A stretch of 64,000 nt of DNA from an uncultured delta proteobacterium (GCA_963840855.1 CAWJBB010000002.1:32001-96000), one strand, 5' to 3'. Positions 30,045 to 40,849 are shown, counted from the stretch's first letter. A program made the numbers and translations. The notes: a model not told the origin generated them from the letters alone.

Positions 30045-31064
30045 ATGCTGACCATCGATGCCGATTCGCACGTGATCGAAAACGAATCAACTTGGGATTT
30101 CATGCTCGAGTCGGAGCGGCCGTTCAAACCAAAAATCGTCGGGTCGAACAATCCCAGTGACACTTTCGACTTTTGGCTCGTCGATGGCCGGGTCATTCCG
30201 CGCAACAACGTCGGGAGAGATCTCCCCGTGGCGGCGCGCGAGATGAGCGATCTCAGCGTGCGCATCAAACATATGAATGAATTGGGCATCGATTGCCAGG
30301 TTATCTATCCCACGTTTTTTATTACGCCGGTCAGCCGCCGCCCTGATATCGATCTGGCGGTATCGCGCAGCTACAACCGCTGGATGGCGGCAATCGTCAA
30401 AACGGAACCTGACCGCTTCCGCTGGGTGGTCGTGCCGCCGCTACAAAGCTTGGAGCACCTCGCCGAAGAATTGAAGTTCGGCAAGGAAAACGGCGCCTGC
30501 GGCGTCTACATGCGCGGGTTAGAGGTCGAACGCATGCTCAGCGATCCCTATTTTTATCCATTGTATGAGCAGGCGAGCGCGTTGGATTTGCCGATCTGCG
30601 TGCATTCGGCCAACGGCGCGTTCACGACCTACGATTTTTTCGCCGACGATCCCGGATTCTCCAAGTTCAAGCTCGCGGTGATCGGCGCGTTTCACTCTTT
30701 CGTGTTCCATGGCGTGCCACAGCGTTTCCCGAAGCTGCGCATCGGGATCATCGAAGTGAGCGCGCAGTGGATTCCTTATGCCGTTCATGATCTCGCGCGG
30801 CGGTTTGCCAGGCGTGGCAGACCTTTTCCGAAGAATGTCCTGAAAGAAAACAGAATTTACGTAACTTGCCAGACCGACGATGATCTCGATCACGTCCTTG
30901 GCTACGCCGGAGATGACAACCTGGTAATCGGCACGGATTACGGCCACGCGGACAACGCGGTGGAAATCGAAGCGCTGCGAAAGCTGCGCACGGACGGGAA
31001 AATCAATGGCCGGGTGATCGACAAGATTTTGCAGGACAATCCATCCGCGTTCTACGGGCTGTAG
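30045..31064 (+). CDS. Amidohydrolase_2 family protein
   Basis: 'IDADSHV', 'CVH', 'GTDYGHAD'. Confidence 0.9.
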   Translation: MLTIDADSHVIENESTWDFMLESERPFKPKIVGSNNPSDTFDFWLVDGRVIPRNNVGRDLPVAAREMSDLSVRIKHMNELGIDCQVIYPTFFITPVSRRPDIDLAVSRSYNRWMAAIVKTEPDRFRWVVVPPLQSLEHLAEELKFGKENGACGVYMRGLEVERMLSDPYFYPLYEQASALDLPICVHSANGAFTTYDFFADDPGFSKFKLAVIGAFHSFVFHGVPQRFPKLRIGIIEVSAQWIPYAVHDLARRFARRGRPFPKNVLKENRIYVTCQTDDDLDHVLGYAGDDNLVIGTDYGHADNAVEIEALRKLRTDGKINGRVIDKILQDNPSAFYGL

Positions 31065-31080
31065 CGCACGCTGCGTGTGC

Positions 31081-31183
31081 GGTTCAAAGTTTGACGTTCA
31101 AGGTTCAAAGTTAGGAATGGGGATCGATAGGGGCTAACACAAGGTCCGAAACGACGTTGAACATTGAACCTTGAACTTTGAAC
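31081..31183. repeat. Heptamer tandem/inverted repeat element
   Basis: GTTCAAA GTTTGAC GTTCAAG GTTCAAA ... TTGAACA TTGAACC TTGAACT TTGAAC. Confidence 0.8.
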
Positions 31184-31245
31184 TGGTAATCCAAGCTCGG
31201 AAGGACGCTCGCTAGATTGGAAGTGGATCACTTGGGAGGACTATC

Positions 31246-32283
31246 GTGTTGAGTATTGACGCCGACGCGCATGTCATCGAATGCGAAAAGACTTGGGATT
31301 ACCTGGAAGGCGGCGACAAGCGCTACCGGCCCGTGGCGATTGCCGTCGATATGCCGTCCGGCAAGACGCAAAATTTTTGGATCATCGGTGGGCGCCTGAT
31401 CGGCGGGCGCGATAACATCGGCCAGGACACATCCAGAGAGTCGCGCGAGATGGCCAACATCGATTCGCGCTTGAAGCATATGGACCAGATCGGCACGGGA
31501 ATCCAAGTTCTTTACCCGACGCTGTTTCTCCGGCCGGTGACTGATAATCCACGTATCGAGCTGGCGCTCTGCCGTTCTTACAATCGCTGGATGGCCGATA
31601 TCTGGTCGAAAGAAAAAAAACGCCTTCGTTGGGCGGTGCAATTACCGCTGCTGAGTATGGATGAGGCGCTGGACGAGCTGCGCTGGTCGAAGGGCAACGG
31701 CGCCTGCGCAGTGTTCATGCGCGGCGTCGAAACCCATCACACGCTGCACGATCCATACTTCTTCCCGCTCTACGAAGAAGCCAGCCGGCTCAATATGCCC
31801 ATCGGCATTCATTCCGGCATCGGCAACTTCACCATCAACGAAATGCTCGGCGGCGAACCCTTCCGCGTCGCAAAACTGATCGTCATCGGCGGCTTTCATT
31901 CGATGATTCTAAACGGCATTCCGGAAAAATTTCCAAAATTGCGCATCGGCGCCATCGAAGTGGCTGCGCAGTGGGTTCCCTATATAGTCCACGATTTGAA
32001 CCTGCGGTTCCCCAAGCTCGAAGGCAAACAAGCGCGCCCCGACGTGCTCAGCGGCAGCAATCAGCTGTTCGTCGCCTGCCAGACCGACGACGATCTTCCT
32101 TACGTGCTCAAGTACGCCGGTGAAAATTGCCTGATGATTGGTTCGGATTATGGCCACGCCGACAATGCCAGCGAACTGCTGGCTCTGGCCAAACTAAAAG
32201 AACAAGGCGACATCGATCCGAAGGTCATCGATAAGATTCTTTGCACGAATCCGGCGAAGTTTTACGGTTTGGATCTGGATTAG
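31246..32283 (+). CDS. Amidohydrolase_2 family protein (paralog of upstream gene)
   Basis: 'IDADAHV', 'GSDYGHAD'; colinear with 30045-31064. Confidence 0.9.
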   Translation: MLSIDADAHVIECEKTWDYLEGGDKRYRPVAIAVDMPSGKTQNFWIIGGRLIGGRDNIGQDTSRESREMANIDSRLKHMDQIGTGIQVLYPTLFLRPVTDNPRIELALCRSYNRWMADIWSKEKKRLRWAVQLPLLSMDEALDELRWSKGNGACAVFMRGVETHHTLHDPYFFPLYEEASRLNMPIGIHSGIGNFTINEMLGGEPFRVAKLIVIGGFHSMILNGIPEKFPKLRIGAIEVAAQWVPYIVHDLNLRFPKLEGKQARPDVLSGSNQLFVACQTDDDLPYVLKYAGENCLMIGSDYGHADNASELLALAKLKEQGDIDPKVIDKILCTNPAKFYGLDLD

Positions 32284-32351
32284 AGAATCGTGATCGTGCT
32301 CGTGCGAAGAACACTTCGAACGTGAAACTAGTGTTTGATCCCAATTTCTGT

Positions 32352-32509
32352 TCCCTCGCCCACGCTTCGTGGGAGAGGGTTAGGGTGAGGGAAAGAGATT
32401 GTGTTGTAATCCGCGAAAGCGCGCTGATGTCATGCTGAGCGGAGCGAAGCATCTCGCATTTTCAAGGTGTTACGAAGACGAGATTCTTCGCCTGCGGCTC
32501 AGAATGACA
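32352..32509. repeat. Composite of palindromic repeats (CCCTCGCCC..GGGAGAGGG..GTGAGGG and TGTCATGCTGAGC..GCTCAGAATGACA)
   Basis: Inverted repeats; first type also near 1580-1625 and 3327-3367. Confidence 0.7.
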
Positions 32510-32578
32510 TTACGACACAGTCTCAAAGGGAGAAGGGGATGAACTCAAGAACGAGGGCGAGCAAGCTTGAGGTGGGAT

Positions 32579-33727
32579 ATGGCTGAGAAATTTGATTTGT
32601 TATTGACCGGCGGGACGGTTCTCAATCCTGCGACGAAGTTAAATCAGATCCTCGATGTCGGCGTTACCGGCAATCGCGTCGCCGCAATCGGCGCGGGACT
32701 TCCGCGCGCCCATGCGAAGAAAGTCCTCGAAGTCGCCGGTTGCTACGTCACACCCGGCCTTATCGACTTTCACGTGCACAGTTACTGGGGCGTAAATCCC
32801 TACGGTTGTGAACTAGACGACGCTGTGCCTGGGGACCGGCGTGACGACGACAATGGATGCCGGCTCCGCCGGTCCGGTCAATTTGCATGGCTTTCGCAAA
32901 CTTGTTTACGAGAAGTCCAAAACGCGCATGATCGGTTTTGTCGCCCTGGCGCAACATGGGGTGTTAAACGAGCCGGGAGAGTTGTTGAGCCTAGGCTTTG
33001 CGGATAGCGATGGCCGCTGCTCAAGCGGTGAGTCGACAACCGGATATCAGCATCGGCGTCAAAGTGCGGCTGCACAAGAAAGCCATGGGGGAGAACAGCC
33101 GCGCCGCGCTGCGCCTGGCGATCAAGGCGGGCGAGGCGACGCATACGCCGATCATGGTGCATGTCGGCAATACGGCAATCGGCATGGACGAGATCGCGGC
33201 TACGCTTGCGTCCCGGCGATATCATTACGCACTGCTACACGCCGCAGAAGCCGTCGATTATCGATGAGCAGGGCAAACTGCTTCCCGAGGTGCGCAAAGC
33301 CAAAGAGCGCGGCGTGATCTTCGACGTCGGCCACGCCGGCGGCCACTTCGATTTCAATCTCGTGCGCCGTGCCATGGGCGAGGGAATAGTGCCGGATGTC
33401 ATCAGCTCGGATCTGCACGGCCGCTTGAGCCAGCCGGGCTTCGGCGTCGTCGGCGATTTACTCACGACGCTGACCAAGTTTTTGCCGTTAGGTCTGAGCT
33501 TCGACGAGATTATCGCGAAGTGCACGGTCGACGCCGCTCGCGTCGTCGGCTGGCAAGACCGCATCGGCACCTTGGAAGTCGGGCGCGAGGCGGACATCGC
33601 GGTTCTGCAAATTATCGACGAGCCGACCAAGCTGCGCGACTCGGTGGGCGGCGAGATGACCCACAAACAACGTATCGCCGCCAAGTGGACGATCCGGGCC
33701 GGCGAGATGTTTCAGGGCAGGGGATAG
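32579..33727 (+). pseudogene. Dihydroorotase-like amidohydrolase/deacetylase, three frameshifts (~32820, ~33012, ~33210)
   Basis: 'PGLIDFHVH', 'TTTMDAGSAG', 'VGVK'-like 'IGVKVR', 'IITHCY', 'FDVGH', 'ISSDLH' spread over frames. Confidence 0.8.
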
Positions 33728-33837
33728 AGACTATTTTCACCTTGGTCATCGAGCCAGTTAAACCGCTTAATCGATTAATATAATATCAAAATTAACACGG
33801 GCACAGCCTATTGTGCCCCTTAGCGGGAGGGTCGACG

Positions 33838-34869
33838 ATGGGTAGAGCATTTCTGGTTATGCTTTTGATTCTCACTGGGTTTATCACGCCCGCCGGGGCG
33901 CAGGCGCCGTACTATCAGGGCAAAACGATAGCTATCATCACCGGCAGCCAGACAGGAGATCTTTACGATATCTACGCGCGCATGATCGCGGCGCATATGG
34001 GGAAGTATATTCCTGGCAATCCTAATATGCTGGTGCAGAATATGACCGGCGCGGGTCATATCGTGGCGGCGAATTTCGTTTACAGCGTCGCGAAACCTGA
34101 CGGTCTGACACTGCTCGCTCCCAATCCGAATATATACATAGATCAGCTTATAGGACGGCCTGAGATCAAGTTTGATTGGGCCAAATTTATGTGGCTCGGT
34201 AACGCGTCGCGCACGACGGACCTGGTTTACATGCGTTCCGATACTCCCTTCAAAACCATAGAAGATGTGCGCAGCGCCAAAGAGCCGCCCAAATGCGGCG
34301 CCACCGGAACCGGCACCACCGGCTACCTCGTGCCGAGATTGTTGGAGGAGACGATCGGCGCGAAGTTCAACCTGGTGACCGGTTACAAGGGCGGCAACGA
34401 AGTCGACCTGGCGGTCGAGCGCGGCGAGATACAATGCCGCGCGTTCAGTCTTACCGCGTTCTTCGGTCGCGAACCGTTTCATACATGGCGAAAAACCGGA
34501 TTCGTGCGCGCGATCATCCAGCTGGGGGCGAAGAGAGACAGCCGGCTCGCCGAAGTGCCGACACTCAATGAGCTGATGGAAAAATATAAGACTCCGGAGA
34601 TCGGACGCCGGCTGGCCATGATCATCACGGCCTCGGAAATCTTTCAGCGGCCGTATATGGCCCCGCCCGGCGTGCGGCCGGAATATGTCAAATTGCTCCG
34701 TGAAGCGTTTCAGAAGACGCTCAAAGACGCGACGTTTTTGGAAGAAGTCAAAAGTAGGAAACTCGATGCCGAATACACTTCCGGCGAGGAAATGGAGACA
34801 TTGGCCAAAGAGATGATGTCACAGCGACCGGAGATCATCGAGCGGTTGAAAAAAGTTCTCGGGATGTAA
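33838..34869 (+). CDS. Tripartite tricarboxylate transporter substrate-binding protein (TctC/Bug)
   Basis: 'YYQGKTI', 'VQNMTGAG', 'AKPDGLT', 'GYKGG..LAVERGE'. Confidence 0.9.
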   Translation: MGRAFLVMLLILTGFITPAGAQAPYYQGKTIAIITGSQTGDLYDIYARMIAAHMGKYIPGNPNMLVQNMTGAGHIVAANFVYSVAKPDGLTLLAPNPNIYIDQLIGRPEIKFDWAKFMWLGNASRTTDLVYMRSDTPFKTIEDVRSAKEPPKCGATGTGTTGYLVPRLLEETIGAKFNLVTGYKGGNEVDLAVERGEIQCRAFSLTAFFGREPFHTWRKTGFVRAIIQLGAKRDSRLAEVPTLNELMEKYKTPEIGRRLAMIITASEIFQRPYMAPPGVRPEYVKLLREAFQKTLKDATFLEEVKSRKLDAEYTSGEEMETLAKEMMSQRPEIIERLKKVLGM

Positions 34870-34913
34870 ACTGGACTGATCGATGGGCGCGAGTGCAGGG
34901 GCAAGGTCCCTGT

Positions 34914-36071
34914 TTACGCCGGCACCAGCTCCGGGTCCATCGGGTAGGTGGAAAGAATCTCCGCGCCCTTGTCCGTCACGCGCAGCAGGTGTTCGAGTTT
35001 CACCGGGTAGTGGTTGATCTCCAAGGCGACGATCATGTTTTCTTCCAGACTGACCATGTACTCCTCGGGATCACCGCCGCGCAGCCATGGCGATTCGTAA
35101 ATGCACAGGCCGACGCCGTGGAAGCCATCGAAGCCCGGCAGGCGCGCTGTGGCGCCTTTGCCGAAGCGTTTGAACGCCTCCGTGCATGGGCCGGGCCGCA
35201 CGAAAGGCAATGCCTGCTGCATGGTTTCGTAAGCTTCTTTGTAGCGCTCGCGGGTCTGGGGCGTTGGTTGGCCCCGGCTAAAAGTGCGGCAGAAGTCGCT
35301 GTAATAACCTCCCGGTCCCGCCACCGTGGCGTCGGTGATGACGAGATCGCCTTCGACCACCACTAGATCGCAGCCCATCGGTTCGTTGTGCGGCCGGGTG
35401 TCGGCGCGCGACGAGTCATAGATCGAAATGAACTCGCTGCCGGCTTCGAAACCTTGATCCATGAGAACGTCCAGCATAATGCGGCTCAATTTGTCTTCGG
35501 GAACATCAGGCTCGCGGAGGGCTTTGCGCACGAAATCGTAGCCGCGCTCTTTGGCTTTGGTGGTCCAGCGGATCAGTTGGACCTCAGCCGCGGTCTTCAC
35601 GGCGCGCGCCTCGTTCACGGCGCGATTGCCGTCAACGAGCCGGATACCGGAGGCTTTCAACCCTTCCACCGCTTCCAGATTTAGACAATCCACACCGACG
35701 CGCTCGGTCGCCGCGCCGATTTCCCGCAAGCCCGCGGCGGCTTGCTTGACGAAATCTTGAGTGGCCACCGGCGGGCGCATGCCGAACATGAAGGCATCGA
35801 AACGCGAGCTGCGATAGATCGGTTTGCGTGATAATTCGCGCTGGCAGATGAAAGGGGCGCCCTCGGCGGGAATCAGCGCGAAACGCTGGATCGCCGTCGC
35901 ACGCAGGCCGAGCATCATGACCGTGTTGGTGGCGTACCGAATATTGATCCAGTCGGTGAGCAAAAGGGCGCCGAGACCATGTTGTTTCATTGTCGACTGC
36001 AGGCGGGCGAGCCGATCGCTGGCCAGCCGCCCGTTATCTACTCCGAAGGGAGTTAGGTCCGCGTAGAACAT
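34914..36071 (-). CDS. M24 family (Xaa-Pro/creatinase-like) peptidase
   Basis: 'ARAVKT..E', 'GYYSDFCRT', 'HGVGL..YESP'. Confidence 0.88.
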   Translation of the reverse strand: MFYADLTPFGVDNGRLASDRLARLQSTMKQHGLGALLLTDWINIRYATNTVMMLGLRATAIQRFALIPAEGAPFICQRELSRKPIYRSSRFDAFMFGMRPPVATQDFVKQAAAGLREIGAATERVGVDCLNLEAVEGLKASGIRLVDGNRAVNEARAVKTAAEVQLIRWTTKAKERGYDFVRKALREPDVPEDKLSRIMLDVLMDQGFEAGSEFISIYDSSRADTRPHNEPMGCDLVVVEGDLVITDATVAGPGGYYSDFCRTFSRGQPTPQTRERYKEAYETMQQALPFVRPGPCTEAFKRFGKGATARLPGFDGFHGVGLCIYESPWLRGGDPEEYMVSLEENMIVALEINHYPVKLEHLLRVTDKGAEILSTYPMDPELVPA

Positions 36072-36228
36072 CTGCCTCTCCTCTTTGGCATAATGGTATA
36101 TTTCGACCTACTCGCTATGCCGGTAAGAATCAAGCGCCTGCATGCCACCGACAGAGTCAAAAATCGTTGTTGACAAGCTCTGAGGCGTTGGAGAGAATCG
36201 CCCAGCCACGGATGAAGGAGGGCTTGAT

Positions 36229-37275
36229 ATGAGCATGATCAATGGTCGTGAAGGTCCCGATATCATGTCGCGTAAACGCGCCGGACGCTTTGCCCCCGTC
36301 GCTGTTCTCATTTCCCTGCTCCTGCTCACTTCATCACTTTGGGCGCAGCCGGCAAAAAAACTAGCATTCCCCTATTCCCCAATTGGCCTTAACTGTCTCC
36401 CCTGGTTTGTCGCCAAGGACGCGAAGATTTTCGAAAAACACGGGATCGAATTTGATCCGATATTTATCGGCGCGTCCTCGGCGCTGTTCAATGCGATGTT
36501 ATCAGGAGCGGCGGACCTGGCCGGATCCGGCGGGCCGGCGGTCATTTCAAATATATTGAAGGGCGGGGACATCATCCACATCACCGCCATGGTGCCGCGT
36601 TTTACCCAATCCATCATGGTCAAGTCGGAGATCAAAAAGCCCGAAGATATGGCGGGCAAGAAGATCGGCGTGAGCCGGCTGGGTACGGTGACGCATTTTG
36701 CGCTCCAAACCGCGTTGGACGGCTACGGCATCAAAGGCGTCACCATCCTGCAAATGGGTGGTCAGCCTGAAGCGTTCGCAGGATTGAGTCGCGGCTCGGT
36801 GGACGGCGCGGTATTCTCTCCGCCTTACAATTTTCAACTCAAGAAGATGGGCTTCACCGAACTCGTTTCTCCCAATGATTTGGCGAAACTCACAGAGTTC
36901 ATTACCAATGGCATCGTGGCTCGCAGGTCGGTTGCGGAGAAAGACAAGGAGACTGTGATCAAAACGATCAAAGGCACCGCGGAAGCGATCAGGCTCATTC
37001 AGACTGACAGGGAATTCACGAAAAAAGTGATGAATAAGTGGATGCCGATGAAAGACAACGAAATGGTGGAACTGGTTTACCGCTTTGCGACCGAAAATTT
37101 TTCCAAGGATGGCACCGTCCCGGAGGGCGCGCTGCGCGGGATGGTCAAACAAATGGTCCAGAGTAACCTCGTCGACGCCAAGTTGGCTGCAGCCACGCCG
37201 GTGACGGCCTATTATGACAATCGCTACGTCGAAGAAGTGAAGCGCTCCGGGTTCTTCGACCAGCTCTGGAGATAG
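36229..37275 (+). CDS. ABC substrate-binding protein (NMT1/SsuA-like)
   Basis: Signal peptide; 'IFEKHGIE', 'DMAGKKIGVSRLG'. Confidence 0.85.
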   Translation: MSMINGREGPDIMSRKRAGRFAPVAVLISLLLLTSSLWAQPAKKLAFPYSPIGLNCLPWFVAKDAKIFEKHGIEFDPIFIGASSALFNAMLSGAADLAGSGGPAVISNILKGGDIIHITAMVPRFTQSIMVKSEIKKPEDMAGKKIGVSRLGTVTHFALQTALDGYGIKGVTILQMGGQPEAFAGLSRGSVDGAVFSPPYNFQLKKMGFTELVSPNDLAKLTEFITNGIVARRSVAEKDKETVIKTIKGTAEAIRLIQTDREFTKKVMNKWMPMKDNEMVELVYRFATENFSKDGTVPEGALRGMVKQMVQSNLVDAKLAAATPVTAYYDNRYVEEVKRSGFFDQLWR

Positions 37276-37319
37276 AGGTTAATGACTCGCAGCCCGCAAG
37301 GCAAAAGAGGTGACGCCCA

Positions 37320-37604
37320 ATGTTAAACGCCATCGTCCTGTTGAACACGGAACGTGACAAAACCAACATAGTGGCTGAAGCGCTCGCCGACATGGACGGC
37401 GTGAGCGAGGTTTACTCCGTTGCCGGCCGTTACGATCTCGCCGCCATTGTCCGGGCAAGCGATAACGACCAGCTCGCCAAGATCGTGACGGAGCGCATCC
37501 GCGGCGTGCCGGGCATCACCACCTCCGAGACGCTTATCGCCTTTCGCGTCTACTCGCGCCACGATCTCGAACGGATGTTTTCCATCGGCATGGAAAAACC
37601 TTAG
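37320..37604 (+). CDS. Lrp/AsnC ligand-binding domain protein (stand-alone)
   Basis: 'GVSEVYSVAGRYDL', 'GITTSETLIAF'. Confidence 0.9.
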   Translation: MLNAIVLLNTERDKTNIVAEALADMDGVSEVYSVAGRYDLAAIVRASDNDQLAKIVTERIRGVPGITTSETLIAFRVYSRHDLERMFSIGMEKP

Positions 37605-37732
37605 CAGGTTGCTGAAAAAGCCTCATAGGCTTCGTTGCGCTCAATCGCCTCGCTCTAACGTACTTCCAATGTACGCCTCCGCTCATCGACTTATCGCGCG
37701 CCTTGCCTCTGAGATCTTTTTGAGCAACCTGC
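37604..37732. mobile_element. MITE-like element, 129 bp
   Basis: Terminal IRs GCAGGTTGCTGAAAAAG / CTTTTTGAGCAACCTGC. Confidence 0.7.
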
Positions 37733-39352
37733 AATATCTTCAACGGATAACTTGGCGCCATTTTGACATTCGATTTGTCCTGCGAGCAATAGCACTCGTT
37801 CGAACAGCGCGGCTTTAAACCGGCGATTTTCGACCAATCCCTGTTTCGTCCACAAGTAGAGTTTATTCGTTTCCCTCAGTCGCGCGAGAAGCGCGATGCC
37901 GGCTTGAGTTCTTGAATGGCTCCAAGAGCGGCTCGGCAAATCCGCCAGTTCGGCGTCGGATCCGATCGGCAATCCTTTCAAAAAATTGATAATGCGCGTG
38001 GTGACGAAGAGCGTGTATAGGTCTTCACGTTTGAAGTCACCGGTTTCGACCGCCATGGCCGTGAGGCGGGAGCGCACGAAGTCTTCTTCGGTCCATTGCA
38101 TGCCGCGGGCGATGGGAGCGTTGGGAGTCCGATAGAACGGCGAAGCGCCGAGAAGTACCGGCAGGCGGGCGTTGAAGGCGAGGGTCTGGATCATGCTTTC
38201 GAGGCTTTCGTTAGGGAGACCGAGGATTTGATACGACACGATTTTGAAGCCGAGTGCATGCGCCTTGCTCACGACCTTCAGATAGGCTTCCAGCGTGTGC
38301 GGGCGCTTCGTCGTTTCGCGCACCGTCTTGTCAGAGGAGACCAGCGCGAGATTCAGGTGCGAGAATCCCGCCGCAAACATCAATTCCAGCAGTTCATCAT
38401 CGAGGCTCAAGTAACTGATGCCGTTCATGGCGACGAATTCCATTTCGCCATCGGGAAAGCGGCCGATGAGGCGCCGGCAGAGCTCTTTAAACGTCGGCTT
38501 GTAGTAGGTGAGGTTGTCGTCCTCGAAATCGATGACGCGGTAGCCTTCTTGATGGCGCAGTTCGATTTCCGCCAACACGCTTTCGAGCGCGCGGCGGCGA
38601 TAGTCGCGGCCGAAGGTAGTATGGACGGAGCAAAAAGAGCATTTGTGCGGACAACTGCGCGAGGTGATCATGAAGGTCATGGGTTTGCCCGCCACGGTAT
38701 AACGCGAAGGCGGTAAGTCGCTCAAATCGGGGAGCGGTAATTCGTCTATCGGGTAATTGCCGCCCATGGGATTGAAGCGCGGTTGGCGATTTTGCTTGAA
38801 GACCAGGTTCGGCGCCCGCTCAATCGGCGCTTCGCCTCTCAAGTGCCGCAGCAGCTCAACTAAAGGCTTTTCACCTTCACCGCGAACCACATAATCGACG
38901 TTGGGCGAGGACAGTAATGACTCCGGCGCCGCGGAGGCGTGGGAGCCGCCCATGACTACGGGAACATGAAGGCGCTTCTTTACCCGCGCGGCGACTTCGA
39001 GAGCCTCGCGATAGTAAGGCGTGAAGAGCGAGGAAATCCCCACCACATCCGGTTTGCATTCGCCAATTTCGGCTTCGATGTCATCGAATGATTTTCCAAA
39101 ATGATAGTATTGATGAAACGTGGAGAACGGCGACTTGTCCGCCACCGGATAGTAATCGCGGGTGTAAGCTAATTCTTTAGGAATTGGAACGGTTCTTCGC
39201 CCGCACCCGCCGTGAAAATCTTTGATCACGACTTCCACGTCAGGCAGGTGGTCTTTGACCGCGGCTTTCAAATAGCACAAGCCAATGGGTTGCAGCCGCA
39301 CGTCGGTGTCGTAGAAATCTCGAACCGGCGGTTGGACGAGGAGGAGTTTCAT
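37691..39352 (-). CDS. B12-binding domain / radical SAM protein
   Basis: 'PIGLCYL', 'VMGGSHAS', 'RSCPHKCSFC', 'FEDDNL'. Confidence 0.92.
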   Translation of the reverse strand: MKLLLVQPPVRDFYDTDVRLQPIGLCYLKAAVKDHLPDVEVVIKDFHGGCGRRTVPIPKELAYTRDYYPVADKSPFSTFHQYYHFGKSFDDIEAEIGECKPDVVGISSLFTPYYREALEVAARVKKRLHVPVVMGGSHASAAPESLLSSPNVDYVVRGEGEKPLVELLRHLRGEAPIERAPNLVFKQNRQPRFNPMGGNYPIDELPLPDLSDLPPSRYTVAGKPMTFMITSRSCPHKCSFCSVHTTFGRDYRRRALESVLAEIELRHQEGYRVIDFEDDNLTYYKPTFKELCRRLIGRFPDGEMEFVAMNGISYLSLDDELLELMFAAGFSHLNLALVSSDKTVRETTKRPHTLEAYLKVVSKAHALGFKIVSYQILGLPNESLESMIQTLAFNARLPVLLGASPFYRTPNAPIARGMQWTEEDFVRSRLTAMAVETGDFKREDLYTLFVTTRIINFLKGLPIGSDAELADLPSRSWSHSRTQAGIALLARLRETNKLYLWTKQGLVENRRFKAALFERVLLLAGQIECQNGAKLSVEDIAGCSKRSQRQGAR

Positions 39353-39527
39353 GGCGCCGAAAGGTTTAGGTAGATTTGTTAGTTGACACTCAGCTTGTCA
39401 TATTTCTAGCAGATAACTCCAATCCGGGGAAACTGACTTGCAGGGGGACTGTCGGGTGTTGCGCCATCCGCTGCCTAGCTGTTTGTAGGGGGGTGTGATA
39501 AGCTGTCGGGGTAGAGGAGAAAATCGC

Positions 39528-39815
39528 ATGACGGAAGCGGGCAAGCGCTTGTTCGTAGGGATCAAAGTTTCTTCCGCGTTACAAAATGAATTGAACAGTC
39601 CCGCTCCAGGGACTGAGTCTTACTTCGAAGGAAATAACCCGGATTATTTGCAGGTCGTCAATTTAGGCGACGACAAGGTGATCGGCCGATATGTGAAAGA
39701 CGGGTATCCGGTTGCGGCCATCGGGGACGTGAGCCGTAACGTGTGTAGCATTATAAGGCTGATCACCCGCGGACGCCGCATCGAAGAAACAGAAGTTCAC
39801 ATCTACACATCGTAA
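39528..39815 (+). CDS. Hypothetical protein
   Basis: RBS GAGGAG; 95-aa globular-looking ORF. Confidence 0.65.
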   Translation: MTEAGKRLFVGIKVSSALQNELNSPAPGTESYFEGNNPDYLQVVNLGDDKVIGRYVKDGYPVAAIGDVSRNVCSIIRLITRGRRIEETEVHIYTS

Positions 39816-39947
39816 GTGGCGGCCCTTGGCATGTGCGCAACGGAATGGTGTCCGGCTTGCCGAGAGGCTGCCTTTTCCCCGACCTTCGTCAGATGCGGCA
39901 CATGGACAGCCGATTCGCTAACTGAAACGCGCCATGTTAGAGTAAAA

Positions 39948-40015
39948 GCTCGTTTAGAGCTTTTTAGGTCAACTGGGAATGCCTCTGAGCTTTAAACGAG
40001 CCAGAGGCTTTTTTT
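39948..40015 (+). promoter_or_regulatory. Candidate transcription attenuator (mutually exclusive antiterminator/terminator)
   Basis: GCTCGTTTAGAGCT (39948-39961) pairs with AGCTTTAAACGAGC (39988-40001), overlapping terminator GCCTCTG/CAGAGGC + T7. Confidence 0.65.
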
Positions 40016-40031
40016 ATAGGAGGGTGGCTCG

Positions 40032-40550
40032 ATGGCAATCAAGATGGAGGAAGCTCTGCTGTCCGATGGGACATTGGTACGGCACAGAGTCAACGGTTAT
40101 CTCGGTCGGATCGACGGTGTAACGGGGATCCAGAGCTGCTTCACCAACCGTGGCTCTCCGATCCCGATGGCGGCCAGCAAAGAGAGCTTCCAATACCGCG
40201 TGATTGTGCAGGGCGAAAAGATGCGGCGTATCGCGCCCGTGCGTGACCTAGAAGTCCTTGACACCGGGACCAGCATCGAGGTGACATGTTTCAGTTGCCA
40301 GTCGACGTTTTCCAGTAGCCCGAACGTGACCGACAAGCCGGGTGGAATCTGCGAATGCGGCGGTTGGATTTGCCCGGAGTGTTTGGCGTGCCAGCCGCCG
40401 CAGGAGATTTCCGCCGAGCGAGCTGCCGCCGGCTGTACAAAGCAGCGCATGCGGCTCGTCAAGAAGGCGGCGAATCAGAAACGTGCAAAGCGGGCGCAAT
40501 CTTCAATAACAACGATTTCGGCGCCGCTAGGGCCGAGGTTCCGAAATTGA
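40032..40550 (+). CDS. Hypothetical protein with Cys-rich putative Zn-binding domain
   Basis: RBS AGGAGGG; CFSC..CECGGWICPECLAC. Confidence 0.7.
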   Translation: MAIKMEEALLSDGTLVRHRVNGYLGRIDGVTGIQSCFTNRGSPIPMAASKESFQYRVIVQGEKMRRIAPVRDLEVLDTGTSIEVTCFSCQSTFSSSPNVTDKPGGICECGGWICPECLACQPPQEISAERAAAGCTKQRMRLVKKAANQKRAKRAQSSITTISAPLGPRFRN

Positions 40551-40849
40551 ACCTCGATCTTCATCAGATCATGCCCCGCTATGATCACGCCGGAAAAATC
40601 CCTGGCGATGATTTTCTCTAACTTATCTTGATCTTTGTTCGACCCTAGTTTGTCAGGACGGGCTTCTTGACTCGGGCTTCGTTCGCGATCTTGCCGCGTT
40701 CATGCGGTTTTGTATGCGCGTGCGTTTGATCCACGCCGGACTGGCAGGGCTAATTTCATCCGGTGAATCCACCCGATCGCCGGTATGCTCGGCCGCTTGT
40801 AAATCTAGCGCCGCCGATATCATTCAGCAACGAAATCGCAGCATCGCGA

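Noticed and set aside
32579-33727. Programmed frameshifting in the dihydroorotase-like gene
   Set aside because: Three separate indels without slippery heptamers; error or decay is more likely
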